A stretch of DNA of 63,990 bases, filler included, from Asterionella formosa (Eukaryota): NCBI GenBank assembly GCA_002256025.1. It is 5 parts of 5 records of this genome, joined end to end, with 100 filler letters (N's around TTAATTAATTAA, not from the genome) between each part and the next. Parts side by side here need not be neighbours in the genome. Positions count along the whole stretch, not along the records: positions 38,857 to 51,695 come from NKIB01007139.1; positions 51,796 to 63,990 come from NKIB01007716.1; 3 more parts are not named here. One strand, written 5' to 3'. The position numbers and the translations under genes were made by a program. Every line of letters begins with the position of its first letter. Positions within the stretch are counted from its first letter, which is position 1. Positions 38,857 to 52,455 of the stretch are shown here, one piece after another. The notes below the pieces were generated by a model. That model saw nothing but the letters and a program-made list of their open reading frames with translations. It was not told the DNA's origin and made no database searches.

Positions 38857-40323
38857 ACGGGGCGTTCCCACTGATGGAAGAGGTATGCTTTATGCACTGG
38901 GATCTTGCTGATGGTAATGCTACTCATTGAAATGTTGAATAATGCTAATAAATGTGTTTCCAAATCGTTTTAAGTTTTTATGACATCAAATTGGATTTTA
39001 ATGAGGATATACTGGTATATTTTTTAAGGTTGTGCAACATGCTCCGGCTGGGGAGGAAGCTGATGATCCTGGCTGTCCATAAATACAACTGACAACCCAT
39101 GATAATGTTGTTTGATTTAGGTCGTGCAAGGGCAGCGCAAATCTGTATCTTCCGCCAAGCTCTCAGAACATCAGGAATTCTTCCATGTTCGTTCGCGGCA
39201 GCATTGTAGGAGCAGCAGCGAAGATTCGCAGTAAAACCTATACTACTATGTACACCACGTAGCCACAGTAAATAAACAAAAAGCAAGCAAAAAAACAAAT
39301 GACAAATGCCAAACATATATATATCCATGCATGTTGATCAAATCATGGGTTAGCTCGCTATCTAGGCGCACAGCGGCCCAGTATGACCCAACGATCTCAA
39401 CGCTACCGGTAGTCGAGCCTAGAGAACGGGTGTTTAAAAATTTACTTATCATTTACCGTTTATATAAATAGAATTCTGAATAAAATAATGGTTGAACAGT
39501 GCCATCATTATTACCGGTACGGTACCACCCTTATTACATAGAAGAAAATTGAAAGCCGCGCGAAACAAGATACCCGGTATCCTTGATGACTCCGCCACCC
39601 AGCATCCATGATTGATGGTCGTCCCACTGTTATAGCAACATTCCTCGTCATGTCCATGAAACTATTCCTGGCAGCACAGTCGCCGGCCCGAGATTGGTTG
39701 GCCTTACTAGTGTTCCACCTCTCCCGGATCACCACCACTTACCGCAAACGTATTCAAACAAGCAGCAACAACAACAAGATAGCTATCGGGGCCATCTCGT
39801 CCTTGATGACCAATATTGTGGAGCACCTATTGAGTGGTGGGTCGTCTGGACTACTAGTAGATTGTACTCCCTGCTATGGACACATGGGATCAATGTGATC
39901 CAGAACTCCGACTTGCACTGAGGACATCATAATAATAATATCTAATTGATGATGAAGCAATTTCCTCAACTCTTACAGGAGGCTAATGTCCTCAATCTTA
40001 CAGAGGCTCTATTTGTCAATGGACATTTTTCCTGGAGCCCACTGAAGAATTCGAAAAATTTCTTGGTTGATGTGACATGGAAAGAACACATGTGTTTGTT
40101 GTTCTCAACCACAAAACATTGTCGATTGGAAAATGGGACAAAGAATTCCACAATGCAGTCGTAGGAATAAACATTGAAATCGAGGATTGGGAGAAGCAAC
40201 AGTTGGGAATTTTTCTTATACTTGAATGAGTGGTAATTATAGCCATTGTAGTTTCAGCTCCCGCATGCAAATAGCCACAACAACGAAAATCTATTTTACA
40301 TCTCGTTGTCCCTAAACATTTTG

Positions 40324-43300
40324 TCATTTGGCTGCAGAGCGCGACTTTCGTGGTCGTTCTAAATCGTCACCACCTCGTGAAATACTTTTCTTTTTCTTCG
40401 TAGTTTCCTCGTCATGGTCATGAATGTCGGACCTCTTCTTCTTGCTCTTCTTTTTGTCGTCATCCGCATGATGGTGCTTACTCTTTTTCTTCTTTTCTTC
40501 ACTATGACTGACTTTAGTCCCCTTTTCTTTGTTGTTGTCATCGTCGCTGTCATCACCATGAGTGCGTCGGAGCTCAATTGCCTCCTCATGATGGTGTCGG
40601 GTGGATCTACTTTTACTACGGACTCGCTCTGCTTCCTTTGCCTTGGGCTTTCGACTAGGTGATCGCGCATCCTTCTCCTTCTTTGGCTTTCGACTCGGAG
40701 ACCTTCGTTCCTTCCGACTAGACAACCTTGTCGATTCGTCAACTTTAGGTCGACTACTAGTAGGGTGGTGTCTTTCCTTGTGACGCTTGCTTGTCTTTTT
40801 GTTCTCTTTCGTCTCGGGAAGTGTAATTTGATGTTCTCGTATTGATTGGCTAATGGACCTAGAGATTGAGTGGCTATCAGGGGCCACTGAAACACTATAG
40901 TCGTCATATTCTGGTAGCAGCGACTTCTTGCCTTCCTTTAGAACTGCAGGCTTTACTCCTGGTCCAACTTTGTTCACAAATCTGTACGGCTCATAGCCCA
41001 CAGGCTTGCCGCCCTTCAACTGCTCATCCGTAAGCTTTCTAAATTCAGTTTGCAGATTATCGTAGGAGTAGTTCTCAACATGCTTGAGCTTACTCGTAGA
41101 TTTCACTAATTTCGCTGCTGTTGCTACTTTCTCGTAGAGTGGTGCTTCCAGTTCTTGATATGTTTCGCTTTGATCACGCTCCAGCGTATCATTGTCTGAT
41201 AAATCATCATCAGTTGGAATTAGCGCTTGAGCAGCTGCCAAAGCAGCAGCTGCTTCGTCCATCATCATCTCGAAATCGTCATCATTGAGCGAATTTTTAC
41301 TGCCGCCTGCGTCGCTAAACGATGAACCCGTATCCTTGTCCATTCTTTTCAAAGATTCATCATATGTATCATTATCGTCCAAATCATCATCGTATGACGC
41401 CTCGTTGCCGCCATCGTCCCTACCTGGAAAACCGTCCATTGACTCTTCGTAACCCCTCACATTATCAACCTTGGCAAAAGCGTGAGCATTTGAAGTGTTG
41501 ACCTTTGATTTACTTTCTCCTTTTGTTCTCCAACCTTTTGGCTCTGGCTTAAACTCATTTCCTTCGTCGTTAATGATATGCTTATCTGAAATAATCGACG
41601 CAGGTGTGGTTCCCGTTACCCACTTGTTGATACTTTCTTCATCAGAGTCGCGGGGGTCTGCATTGTATAGGGCTGCGGCTAAAGCAGTCGATGCAGGCGG
41701 GGCCAAATTTTCGTCGTCGGAGTCGCGTCGTCGGGGTGTAAGGATGGCTGCGTCCTCAGCGATTTCGGATTCAGACATTCCCCACTTTTTGCCGAGATCG
41801 TCGTAATCAAAATCGTCGTTCAGACCCAAACCATCATTGAGAGACGCTGAGGCCGATGTGGTTTGTTGACGAGACGGAGTTGATGGCACTCCATCAACCC
41901 ACTGGCTTCCTATGCTGGGCTCATTATCATCTGAGTTATAATCCTCATCTGCAGAATCTACTTTGCCAATGGATGATGTTTCAACGGCTGTAGATTTAGT
42001 TGGAACTGGCTTTTGAATTGATTCCAGGGGTTCAAATTTAGTGTTGAATTCCTGTGTTGCGGGATGGGATTTTCCTTTTAACTCAGCCAAGTCTTCTTCG
42101 TCCACCTCGAATTCTTTCTGGACAGCACTAGATTGGAGTTCGAATATTTCACCTCTTTCCCTTCCTGATTCCTTTCGATGATTGACAGGCTCGATACCAA
42201 GAAAATTAATACCGCTACCATCAAGCACCTCCGAAAGTTCAATGCCCTCCTCATCGTACTGCATGGCATTAGATACAGCAATGGCATCGTCAGAATCGGA
42301 ATCCGATCGTTGTGGCTGCGGTGCAGGCTCTTGTTTTTCGCCTGAGTCAGAGTCGAGTTCGCTATCGTCCTCGTCTTCTTCCATTATCCCATCAATATGT
42401 GGACTTACATGTTCTGGTTTTACTGCAACACTGTCGTGTGACTGTTCCGAACCATCTTCGCTTTCACATTTTTGCTCAGCTACATTTCCGCCTTGGTTAA
42501 CATTTAAAACACCTTTGTCGAACGAAGAGTGTTCGATTTCTGTGTTCAAGAGTTCATGCTCCGGAGCCTCAGAATCTGCTTCTTCTACCACCAGAACAGA
42601 AACTACTTCAGCTGCAGCCCCGTTCCCGGAGCCGCTAATGCTAGAGACTTCATTGATTCTTTCCTTGTGATGATTGGGTTCGTTTGAGCGATCCGAAAGA
42701 GAAGGTTTTTCAACATGTCTGCTGAATTTTGCTGTTGCAGAATCGTATTCTTCGGCGTCAGATTTTATTTTTCCTTTTTGATTCTGTATATCCTCGGTTT
42801 CATTCACCATCTCATTGTCAGTTTGAGTTTCAACATCCATGGTCTTCAACCTTGGAGCATGAGTCATAGAAGCCCTAGTGGTAAATACCCCATCCGGAGC
42901 GAGGTCCTGGTCAACATCTGGCTCGATGGCTCCTGTTGATAACCTGCGCTGAGTTGGCTCATCATCGACCAAGTGCTCTTGGTTGGGGATAGGAACGGGT
43001 ACTAATATTCGGCTGGACAACGGGCATGAACGCATCTTAGATTCACCAAGTTGCCATAGGGGAAGAGTCACTCCTTCAACTACCTGCATTAACTGCTCAA
43101 TTTCGTCGCGAAGTTTTTTTTCATTCTCTTGTCTTTCAACTATAAGACGGCGATTGGTGTCTTGCAATTCCACTAGATTCTCTTCTAGATACAAAACATG
43201 TTGCTCGCGACTTACCATCTTTTCGTTATAAGTTTTGTTGATCAAATTGAGTTCGTTCATCTTCCACGCGATGGCAGTCAGACTAGCCGTTTTCTTATCC

Positions 43301-46166
43301 AACTGTTGTCGAAGCAGTATGGCGTCCTGTGCGAGCTTCTTTTTGCTCATTCCACCAGCTTTGTTCGTAAGGGCATCGACAATGGCCTTTTCTTCGTTTA
43401 GAGCAGTTTGTAACATAATGCACTTTTCTGACATTTCGATTAGTTCCCTTTCCATATCTTTTTCCCGCATCATCACAAGGCGTCCCGAAGGAGTGCGCAA
43501 TGCTTTCTGCTGCCTTGTCACCACCATGCCCGTTCCGGGAAGTCTAGTTATTGAATGAGCATTGCCTGCAAGGTCCGTAACTTCAGATATTCCTGCTCCA
43601 GCGTCGGCGCCTGCTTCAAATGCGTTCAGCTCGTCGATGCTGCCAGTGAGGTGATCGCCACTCTTGAGTAAGTCGACGTCAGAAACACTGGCGCCAGCAT
43701 CAATTTCGGATATTGCTTCCAGCTGACCAATACTACCAGTTAAGTTTCGAATTGACCCCGCAGAGTTACCCGTGACCATAGAAGCTTCTTCCGCTAACGA
43801 GGAGCTTGCAAAATTTGCATTAAGTTCTAGTTCTACTCTTGCTGCCCGGGAAGCTGCAGCAGCGCTACGCATGAGCGAGTCCTTAGTCGGCTTATAGGCA
43901 GCCGATGATCGTTCACCTCCAATTTCATGCTCTTCCAGCAAACCAGATTCCAAGAGCATTTCATCAATGTCTCGAAGTAGATTCAAATCAGGTGCGTTTG
44001 GCACTTTATGAGTGATTTCCGTTGTGATAGCATTGATACTGCCGGCACCATGAGCGGCCTTGTCCTTCAAGACATTTGTATAAAATCGGCGGAATTGTCG
44101 AAGAAAAACTATAGCCTCATTTTCTCGAAACTGCGACGTCCGGAGATTGTGCTCAACTTCTAGCTTGCGCTGAGAGAGCATTTGCACTTCATTATTGGAC
44201 TCCATCAGTTCAGTCACGCGTCGCTTCTTGTCAGCAGTCAAATTCTCGTTCTGCGCTCGTAAAACAGCCACTTCAGATTGCAGCTCGCCCAACAGATTTT
44301 CGGCTTCGTCTCTAGCCTTCATTGTCATTGATAGCTCCTCTTCTAACGAATCAATTTTCTCGGTGAACCTCAGTGAGGATCCAGTTATTGATGTATCCGA
44401 CGACAATTCTCGTTTAAATGAACGACCGTCCTTGTCCTTTCGATGCCGAACCGTCACAGTAAAATCTACTGGCTCGCCATCATCTTCCGATGTAATGATA
44501 TCAATTGTTTCCCAAATCGTCCCCTTGGTAGGCTCACCAGACCCTATCCGTAGCATCTGACATTTGTTTGCCAGGGACCGTAGCAAAACCATGGCGTCTA
44601 GATACTTCTTATCGCTTTCCAAAAGTCTTCTTCGATAAAATTCCGAGGAATCATCAGAATTAATTGATGGATGATTGATAACCTTTCGACAGCGTTGCCC
44701 GAATCTAATCGTTGAGATAGTCTCTCCAATGTTATAAGATGAGGGAGATGCCGTCAAAATCAAGGTTGTTAAACAGTTGCCTCCAAAACTTGGTCGCAAC
44801 AATCTGGTAATCTTTGATTGTCTCGATGCTGCATTCATATCGATGTTAGCACCTCGCTGATTTTCCAATTGAGCTCGAATCATTTTTTGTAATGCATTCA
44901 ACGACTTGTTGATCATCTTCGCTTCTACTTGCACAGCAGTGGTTGTTCCCGCCGTTCGGTTGGACACTCCTGGATTGGCTGCCAATTCACTTCCCGCCAA
45001 ATCCAGCATATGAAGCATGGAATTTGTTATTTTCCCAGAAATTCTGTCAAACTGTTGTATTCGCATCACAAACACAGCATGCGACCGCGATGAATCGGTA
45101 TTCATTTCCGTCGCCGACATTGTCCGACAAGCGTTTCCTCTAGCGAGCAAGGTGCACACGTCTCCCACGTCAAAGCAGCATAATTCCGATGCACCTACAA
45201 TACGAACTCCAGAATTCCCAACTCCCGCGGCCTTGTCGGCTTCGATTTCAAGCGTCAGCGACCCCGATTTCCCGTTGTGCGGTTGCAGGAGGTCAAGCAT
45301 CTTTTCCAGATATATTTCCACATACGAACATCTGACTATAAATTCGGTAGATGAAGAGGATTCGTTCATCTTCTCAAAGACTTGAGTAATTGTTTTGGCA
45401 ATCATGCCTTCGGCCTCTGGGTTAGCATCTTCCCCTGCTTTCTCCACGTCGCCAGTGTCCTCTGATAATTGAGAATCTACAACCGAAGGAGCAATAGTTG
45501 TCACAGCAGCTTCTCCCAACACACTACGATTGCTCACATCAACTTTCATGCCCTCCCGTTTCGATATATTGACCAATCCCTCTGATCCCCCATTGGCACC
45601 CATCATGGTATGCGTTTTGCCAGTTCCAGTTTGTCCGTAGGCAATCACAGTGCAGTTGAAACCTTCCATTAGCTTTCCCGGAATATCCTGAAGCGCGCGC
45701 TCGTACACTTCTTCTTGACTGGCGTATTCTTCAAATACCTAGGAGAGAGAGAGAGAGAGGAAGCAAGGGGAATGTATGAGTTGCCAGAGCTGGGGGAGAG
45801 GAGCAACGCATAACTGACCCTGAATTTGACATTTAGTCATCAGACCCATCCGAATTTAGGGTGTCCTTATTTTCAGAAAAAGAACTCCGATGCTGGCGTC
45901 ACGACTGGTCCACTCTGGATATTTGTATGATTCTGCTGACGTACATGATCGAAGGAAAAGTCATATTCTCCTTCCAAGGGACTGTCAACAGTAATTATGG
46001 TCGGGTCCTCGGTAAGCTCGATGCAGTTCTTGGAGCGTCTCGACGTTTCTAGCTTGTTCATCGGTCGGAGGCGGAGGAAGACCCGCATATCCTCTCGGAA
46101 CTCCTCCTCCTCTTCTTCTGTCTCATCGGATTCGTAGTCTTCGCTGTCTGAGTGCGAGGACGACAT
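40324..46166 (-). CDS. Kinesin (N-terminal motor, kinesin-1-like) with coiled coil, long acidic region and basic tail, ~1878 aa
   Basis: Exons 46166-45945 and 45738-40324. Motifs RVFLRLRP, AYGQTGTGKTHTM, SYVEIYLE, MNTDSSRSH, LDLAGSE, INKSL and ETISTIRFGQR. Confidence 0.95.
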
Positions 46167-46877
46167 GGTCAGCAACAAGGCATGGATGGAAGAAGGAGAA
46201 GTAAATAAGCAATCGAATTATACTAAGAGAATACGTAGAATATTTATTGCGCGATGCAGAGGCAATCAGTGCACGATCAATATGAGAAGACCTATTCTAT
46301 GAAAATCTCACCGTTGAGAATGAAAATTAAGGTGGGGCAATTATCTTGGCAGAACCATATCCCGGTACTACGAGTGATACTCTTCGCAGCAGGCCACCGT
46401 ATAAAATAAGTACATTTAGCTATATGTATGTATAAAGAAATATTGAGTAAGTATACCGCTGTACATAACAGTAATTGTACCATACATACCTCCACAACCA
46501 CATATGTCGTAGCGTAGACTAGTCTTTAGTACCATTTAACTTATACGTACTCCGAAGTACCAGGTACCCATCACCCCTACCTGGAATTGAATCATACTGG
46601 TATTCGTTGCATTGTAATACCGGTATATACGTTCATACCGGTACACATTACGACAGTCGACCAAGACATTATAATTTATACTCCATACTTGTTCATCATT
46701 TCATACTGGTAGTCCGTTCACCGCTACGCTAGCTGACCTCTAAATCTACAAAACATGTAGAAGTGACTGAAAAATAAACCAAGGTTCATTACATAGACTA
46801 CTACCTGTATACACTGCCTTCATCATGTGTACTTTTTACTAGAAGCATGATGTGCTATATAGCTATTCCTTCTATAG

Positions 46878-48218
46878 CTATTTAGAGCTTTCCTCATGAG
46901 CAGCACATAAATGTACTAGTCCTTCTTTCAGGCGCGCTGCTGCTACAGCACATTTTTCTGGTGGCAAGTTGGAATAGCACACTCGGATCCATCCTGGAAA
47001 TCCACAAAAGCTCCCAGGAATTATAGCAATACCAAAATCTCGTACCAATGCTCGACACACTTCCTGGTCCTTCATCCCATCTAATAGTTTCCCCATGACA
47101 TACATTGCACCTGACCCACCCATGGTATGAGACAGCACAGACAGAGCATCTACAATGAGTATTCTTGAGGGAATTAATGTTTGGACTTGATCCAGCACCC
47201 ATCGCCTTGAGGCAGCCATGGCCCCCATGGCTGCAACTTGACTGATACGAGGTGGACAAATAGGAATCGTATCTTGAACTTTGCGCATTTGTTGATAGAC
47301 TCCATACTGATGACATTCATGCAGTACCACATACCCACATCGGAATCCCGCAAGGGCATGGCCCTTACTAAAGGAAAATAGGTACATGACGTGCTCAGCA
47401 GTTTCGTCATTACAGCACTCGAATGTGGTAGATCCATGCAAGTGATCAAAATGTTCATATGTGCAGTCCAGGATTAGCCAAACGCGATATTTCTTGGTGA
47501 TGGCAATGTACTCATTGAGTTGGTCTCGTGACAGACTGACACCCGTTGGATTTCCAGGATTGGTAATGGTGACCATGGATATTGTTGCATCGTGTTGGAG
47601 CTGTTGTTCCAGCCATTGAGCATCGGGTACACCAGCCTCACTGCAGGGCCCCACTACGACAGCGCCACCCATAAGTTGAATGGCCATGACATGATTGAAA
47701 TAGTATGGCCTAAAGACTACAGCAGACGACGTTGTTGGAGATAGGAGCGTCAAAACGACATTCATATAGGCCTGGTTGGCCCCGACCGTGACGAGGGGCA
47801 GATGGTGATGGAGTCCATTTTCATGAGACAGCTTGGCCTTGAGGGCATCTCGTAATTCGGGCAGACCTTCGTCTGGCCCGTAGGTGTGAAGCACGGGGTC
47901 GTTCTGAATGGCATGTTGCAGCGCTTCGGTGACAGTCGGGGGAGGGTCCCAGTATACAACGCCTTGGGCGAGTGAAAGGACCCCTCCCCGGTCATCCCAT
48001 AAATGAGCGTATTCCTGAATGATTTCCTTCATGAGTATGACGCATGGGTCCAGCGTTTTTTGAACATTGGACGAGCGAGGGAGGTCAGAACCAGGACTAC
48101 GAGACTCCGCCATTATTGCGTCTAGCCGGGGACGAGACGAAGGAACTCGAGGCGAGAAGGCCCGGGCTGACTTCCAGGTTGCAACCGACAGGAGAATTGA
48201 AATTCTTCGCAGTTGCAT
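46878..48218 (-). CDS. PLP-dependent aminotransferase class I/II, probable plastid targeting
   Basis: Motifs SLAQG, YGPDEGLPELR, NPGNPTG, DCTYEHF, FSFSKGHALAGFRCGY (PLP Lys) and WIRVCY. Presequence ...SARA-FSP. Confidence 0.92.
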   Translation of the reverse strand: MQLRRISILLSVATWKSARAFSPRVPSSRPRLDAIMAESRSPGSDLPRSSNVQKTLDPCVILMKEIIQEYAHLWDDRGGVLSLAQGVVYWDPPPTVTEALQHAIQNDPVLHTYGPDEGLPELRDALKAKLSHENGLHHHLPLVTVGANQAYMNVVLTLLSPTTSSAVVFRPYYFNHVMAIQLMGGAVVVGPCSEAGVPDAQWLEQQLQHDATISMVTITNPGNPTGVSLSRDQLNEYIAITKKYRVWLILDCTYEHFDHLHGSTTFECCNDETAEHVMYLFSFSKGHALAGFRCGYVVLHECHQYGVYQQMRKVQDTIPICPPRISQVAAMGAMAASRRWVLDQVQTLIPSRILIVDALSVLSHTMGGSGAMYVMGKLLDGMKDQEVCRALVRDFGIAIIPGSFCGFPGWIRVCYSNLPPEKCAVAAARLKEGLVHLCAAHEESSK

Positions 48219-49231
48219 TGACAAGACTTGCTTATAANNNNNNNNNNNNNNNNNNNNNNNNNNNNNNNNNNNNNNNNNNNNNNNNNNNNNNNNNNNNNNN
48301 NNNNNNNNNNNNNNNNNNNNNNNNNNNNNNNNNNNNNNNNNNNNNNNNNNNNNNNNNNNNNNNNNNNNNNNNNNNNNNNNNNNNNNNNNNNNNNNNNNNN
48401 NNNNNNNNNNNNNNNNNNNNNNNNNNNNNNNNNNNNNNNNNNNNNNNNNNNNNNNNNNNNNNNNNNNNNNNNNNNNNNNNNNNNNNNNNNNNNNNNNNNN
48501 NNNNNNNNNNNNNNNNNNNNNNNNNNNNNNNNNNNNNNNNNNNNNNNNNNNNNNNNNNNNNNNNNNNNNNNNNNNNNNNNNNNNNNNNNNNNNNNNNNNN
48601 NNNNNNNNNNNNNNNNNNNNNNNNNNNNNNNNNNNNNNNNNNNNNNNNNNNNNNNNNNNNNNNNNNNNNNNNNNNNNNNNNNNNNNNNNNNNNNNNNNNN
48701 NNNNNNNNNNNNNNNNNNNNNNNNNNNNNNNNNNNNNNNNNNNNNNNNNNNNNNNNNNNNNNNNNNNNNNNNNNNNNNNNNNNNNNNNNNNNNNNNNNNN
48801 NNNNNNNNNNNNNNNNNNNNNNNNNNNNNNNNNNNNNNNNNNNNNNNNNNNNNNNNNNNNNNNNNNNNNNNNNNNNNNNNNNNNNNNNNNNNNNNNNNNN
48901 NNNNNNNNNNNNNNNNNNNNNNNNNNNNNNNNNNNNNNNNNNNNNNNNNNNNNNNNNNNNNNNNNNNNNNNNNNNNNNNNNNNNNNNNNNNNNNNNNNNN
49001 NNNNNNNNNNNNNNNNNNNNNNNNNNNNNNNNNNNNNNNNNNNNNNNNNNNNNNNNNNNNNNNNNNNNNNNNNNNNNNNNNNNNNNNNNNNNNNNNNNNN
49101 NNNNNGCCAATGTGCTCAATTTAAAATACGGCCGGCATTGAAATCTGACTTAGTTGGTGCTGGATGTTGTGTGTTGTACTACACATGTTTTCGAGCTTGC
49201 TCTTTCTGGCAAGAGCAACGTTGTGAATAGA

Positions 49232-51071
49232 ATGCCTTTACGGAAAAGCACCTCGAAAACACCAGCAACATCGGGGGATTTCTTTGAGAATAATGACATC
49301 GACAAGGATGAGCTTGGTGACGAAGAAGATGATGACGATAGTACTAGAAATAGTATGCTACTTCTAACAATGACTGCTGATGGCAGCAATGATAGTAGAC
49401 CCACAACATCTCGTTCAACTTCCCCCCATCACGATGATGCAGCTGTAGCCAAAGCACCGCTCGAAACAGGCAGAGACAACCATTCGAATGCTGAGGAGAG
49501 AAAAGACAAATTAATCATTCGCGACTTCAGCCTAACGGTGCCTCCAGAGAGTCAATGCGGTGTAAATAACGAAGTATATTCATCAATGATAATACAGAAA
49601 CTTCCGACCAAGCTCGTTGCCATTCTTGCTGACCAAACCATTCAGCACATTGTTTCATGGCTTCCCCACGGTCGGGCGTGGAAGATTCACAATCCGCATC
49701 TCTTTGCAGATCAAGTGCTTCCCACCTACTTTGAAGCTTCAAAATACAATTCGTTCGTCAGATTAATCAATGCTTGGGGATTCCGAAGGGTTACAAGGGG
49801 CATTGACAAGAATGCATACTATCATGAAGTAAGTACCGGTATCACTATCCGATACGGTGCACTTCTTTGCACTGAGTCCTAAACTGTTGTGTAGCACTTG
49901 TTCGTTTTTCTCAAGCTAACGTGCATGGACTAACTCCTCCCTGATTCTTTTCATCCTTTAGTTGTTCCTCAGAGGGCTACCTCACCTTCATGGCAGAATG
50001 CGAAGGATGACTGCAAATGACAAGAAAGTTCCTTTGGCAACCGAGGATGAACCTGACTTTTACAAAATGAGTGAACTTCATCCATTACCCCCTGAAAACA
50101 TTCCACTTCGTACCTTGAATATCGATGTTCTTCCTCCCCCTACCGCCATTAATCAACCATCTTTACCACCAATCACAATTCCGTTCTTCCTGCAGCGTCA
50201 ACAAGAGTTATTAGGGTACACTGCAGCAGGAACAAACGCGCATCAGCAATTTTCGAATTGGAGTGGTGGAATGACGGTTCCGGTTCCGGCATCATCATCA
50301 TCATCATCAATGCGATTTCCTCCATTGATAGATCTTGGCGCCGGTCGCTACAATCGTCCTGGTGGGTTGGGCAGATTTCAAACGAATTATTCGGCTGATG
50401 CTGCTGCAGCTGGACAAGCTGTCCACTACAATTCTCGAGACCAAGGAGGATCATTAGCACCGCAGCAGCTCATTGAAACAATGATTGCAAGACAGAATGA
50501 TACTGCCTTGTCTCAGTTTCCTCTACCGTTTGGAAACTTTAACAATAATGATAATAATAGTATCGAAAGGTTTCCGGTGGCTGACAATCTGGCTCTACTA
50601 TCATACCAACAGACGAGGCGGAGAATGAATTCTCAAGTGGTACTAAGCAGCATCAGGGAACAAGAAAGGCAATTGGACAATATTGTGTCGGCGGTTGCCT
50701 TTTCTTCGGAACGACGAATTCCTTATGTTCCACGGCCATTACCACCATCAGTAGCAGCATTTAACAACAACCTGTCTGGGGTTGCTGCTGCAGCAGCATC
50801 ATTTGCAACTTATTCTTCAATTGATCCCAGAGCGCTATCATCACTGCAACTTATGAGAGAGTCAGAAGCACGACAGAATCATGAAGCACTTCGAATTCTT
50901 CAAGAAAGTGCCAGACTAGGACAAAACCAAAACCAACAGCAACAAGCATCACTACGACAGCAAGCCATGTACGGTACTGCAATGATGATGGCCCAAGAAG
51001 AGCTGCAGCAGAGAGTGCAACAAGCGGCTAATGCTGCTCGACGGGGACGAGATCAAACAAAGCCACCTTAA
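49232..51071 (+). CDS. Heat shock factor (HSF-type DNA-binding domain) transcription factor
   Basis: Exons 49232-49828 and 49962-51071. DNA-binding domain IVSWLPHGRAWKI..SFVRLINAWGFRR..YYHELFLRG. Q/A-rich C-terminus. Confidence 0.93.
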
Positions 51072-51695
51072 TCCAATGATGATTTTTGACAAGCATATAT
51101 TTTTGAGTTCTTGGTAACTAATTAACTACCTGAACGACCTGGGTTTAACGAAAGAAAGAATCAATCTACGATTTTTCCTCCTTTTTGACTTTTATTCGTT
51201 CCAAATAGCTGCTATAGTACCCAGATTCGCTACCCTCACCCTCTTCAATACATCAGTATTTTTAGTGGACTCCCAGGTTCCGTACACTTAGCATCAGGCG
51301 AAGCAAGTTGTTAGTTATCAAATGCCGGGAAAATGCAATCAAAGAAAAGCCAAGGGTAGGATTCTGGACATCATTGTACTAAGAAGGTACCAGGGTACCG
51401 GTACTCATACATAGCTACTCCGCACCTGCCATCGCGTCTATACTTAGTTTGTACCTGCCATCGAGTCCCGACGCCATACAGGCAGGAGGGCCCCTGCTGG
51501 TACATTGCAATTATTGTTCTGTACGTCCCTCGTCACATAGTCAACCATGATCATCCTGGGAACAAACCACAGAATCACTCCAACTTATTCGTGACAATCC
51601 ATTATATATACGTAACTATCATATATTTAAGAATGATATGTTTGAGAGCAGGTATCACGAACATTGTATACAGTAAGAAGTTAGTATACCACTAA

Positions 51696-51795
51696 NNNNN
51701 NNNNNNNNNNNNNNNNNNNNNNNNNNNNNNNNNNNNNNNTTAATTAATTAANNNNNNNNNNNNNNNNNNNNNNNNNNNNNNNNNNNNNNNNNNNN
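51696..51795. other. Artificial scaffold linker
   Basis: 44N-TTAATTAATTAA-44N. Confidence 0.97.
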
Positions 51796-52455
51796 CCACA
51801 GTACCTATACGCTGGTATATGGTACAAGAGTAGTGGTATACTAATGTAACTAACAACAGCGGTATTTAACATCGATAGTGTACTTTATCGGCCATCATAA
51901 TAAACCCTTAGCCTAGCTATTGCCTAGGTTGCAGGGTCTAGCAAAGCAACAGTGATCCCAGGTACATTCCAGCCCTCAGAGGAGAGCTGTGCTACAGTAT
52001 AGGACCTTTGAAAGGATCTGGTATGACAGACAGCATGTTATCTGTACTTATTCTGTTTTCTATCAAACAATGAAGGCAATTCAATTCAATTCGTGGACGT
52101 AGAGGACTTCCTGCAGTTATCGGACCTGTATGTAATGAGTACAGCATTATAGCGGAACGACTGGTGACAAAACGACTGCAAGAAATTGAATGCATCTAGT
52201 GTTCTGGTAGTCTATGTATCTCTTTGTAAGCTGAGGGCATTCCTATGTAGGATCATTGCTACGACGACGTTCACATAGACACGAAGTAGCAAACTATTCC
52301 GGAACTGCTTAGTGCTCCATTAATCATTATTGTGGTGTTGGCATTCATCATAGTATCATGCTCCAATCCACAATTCTTTGAGTCCAAGGAACGGCAACCT
52401 AGTCAGATTCCGACAATTCCATTTGAACTCATCGTCGTTACCATAACCGATCAAT

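Noticed and set aside
38857..40320. Divergent short ORFs (38978-39328 -, 39608-40164 +)
   Set aside because: Interrupted by stops and frameshifts, with no identifiable motif.
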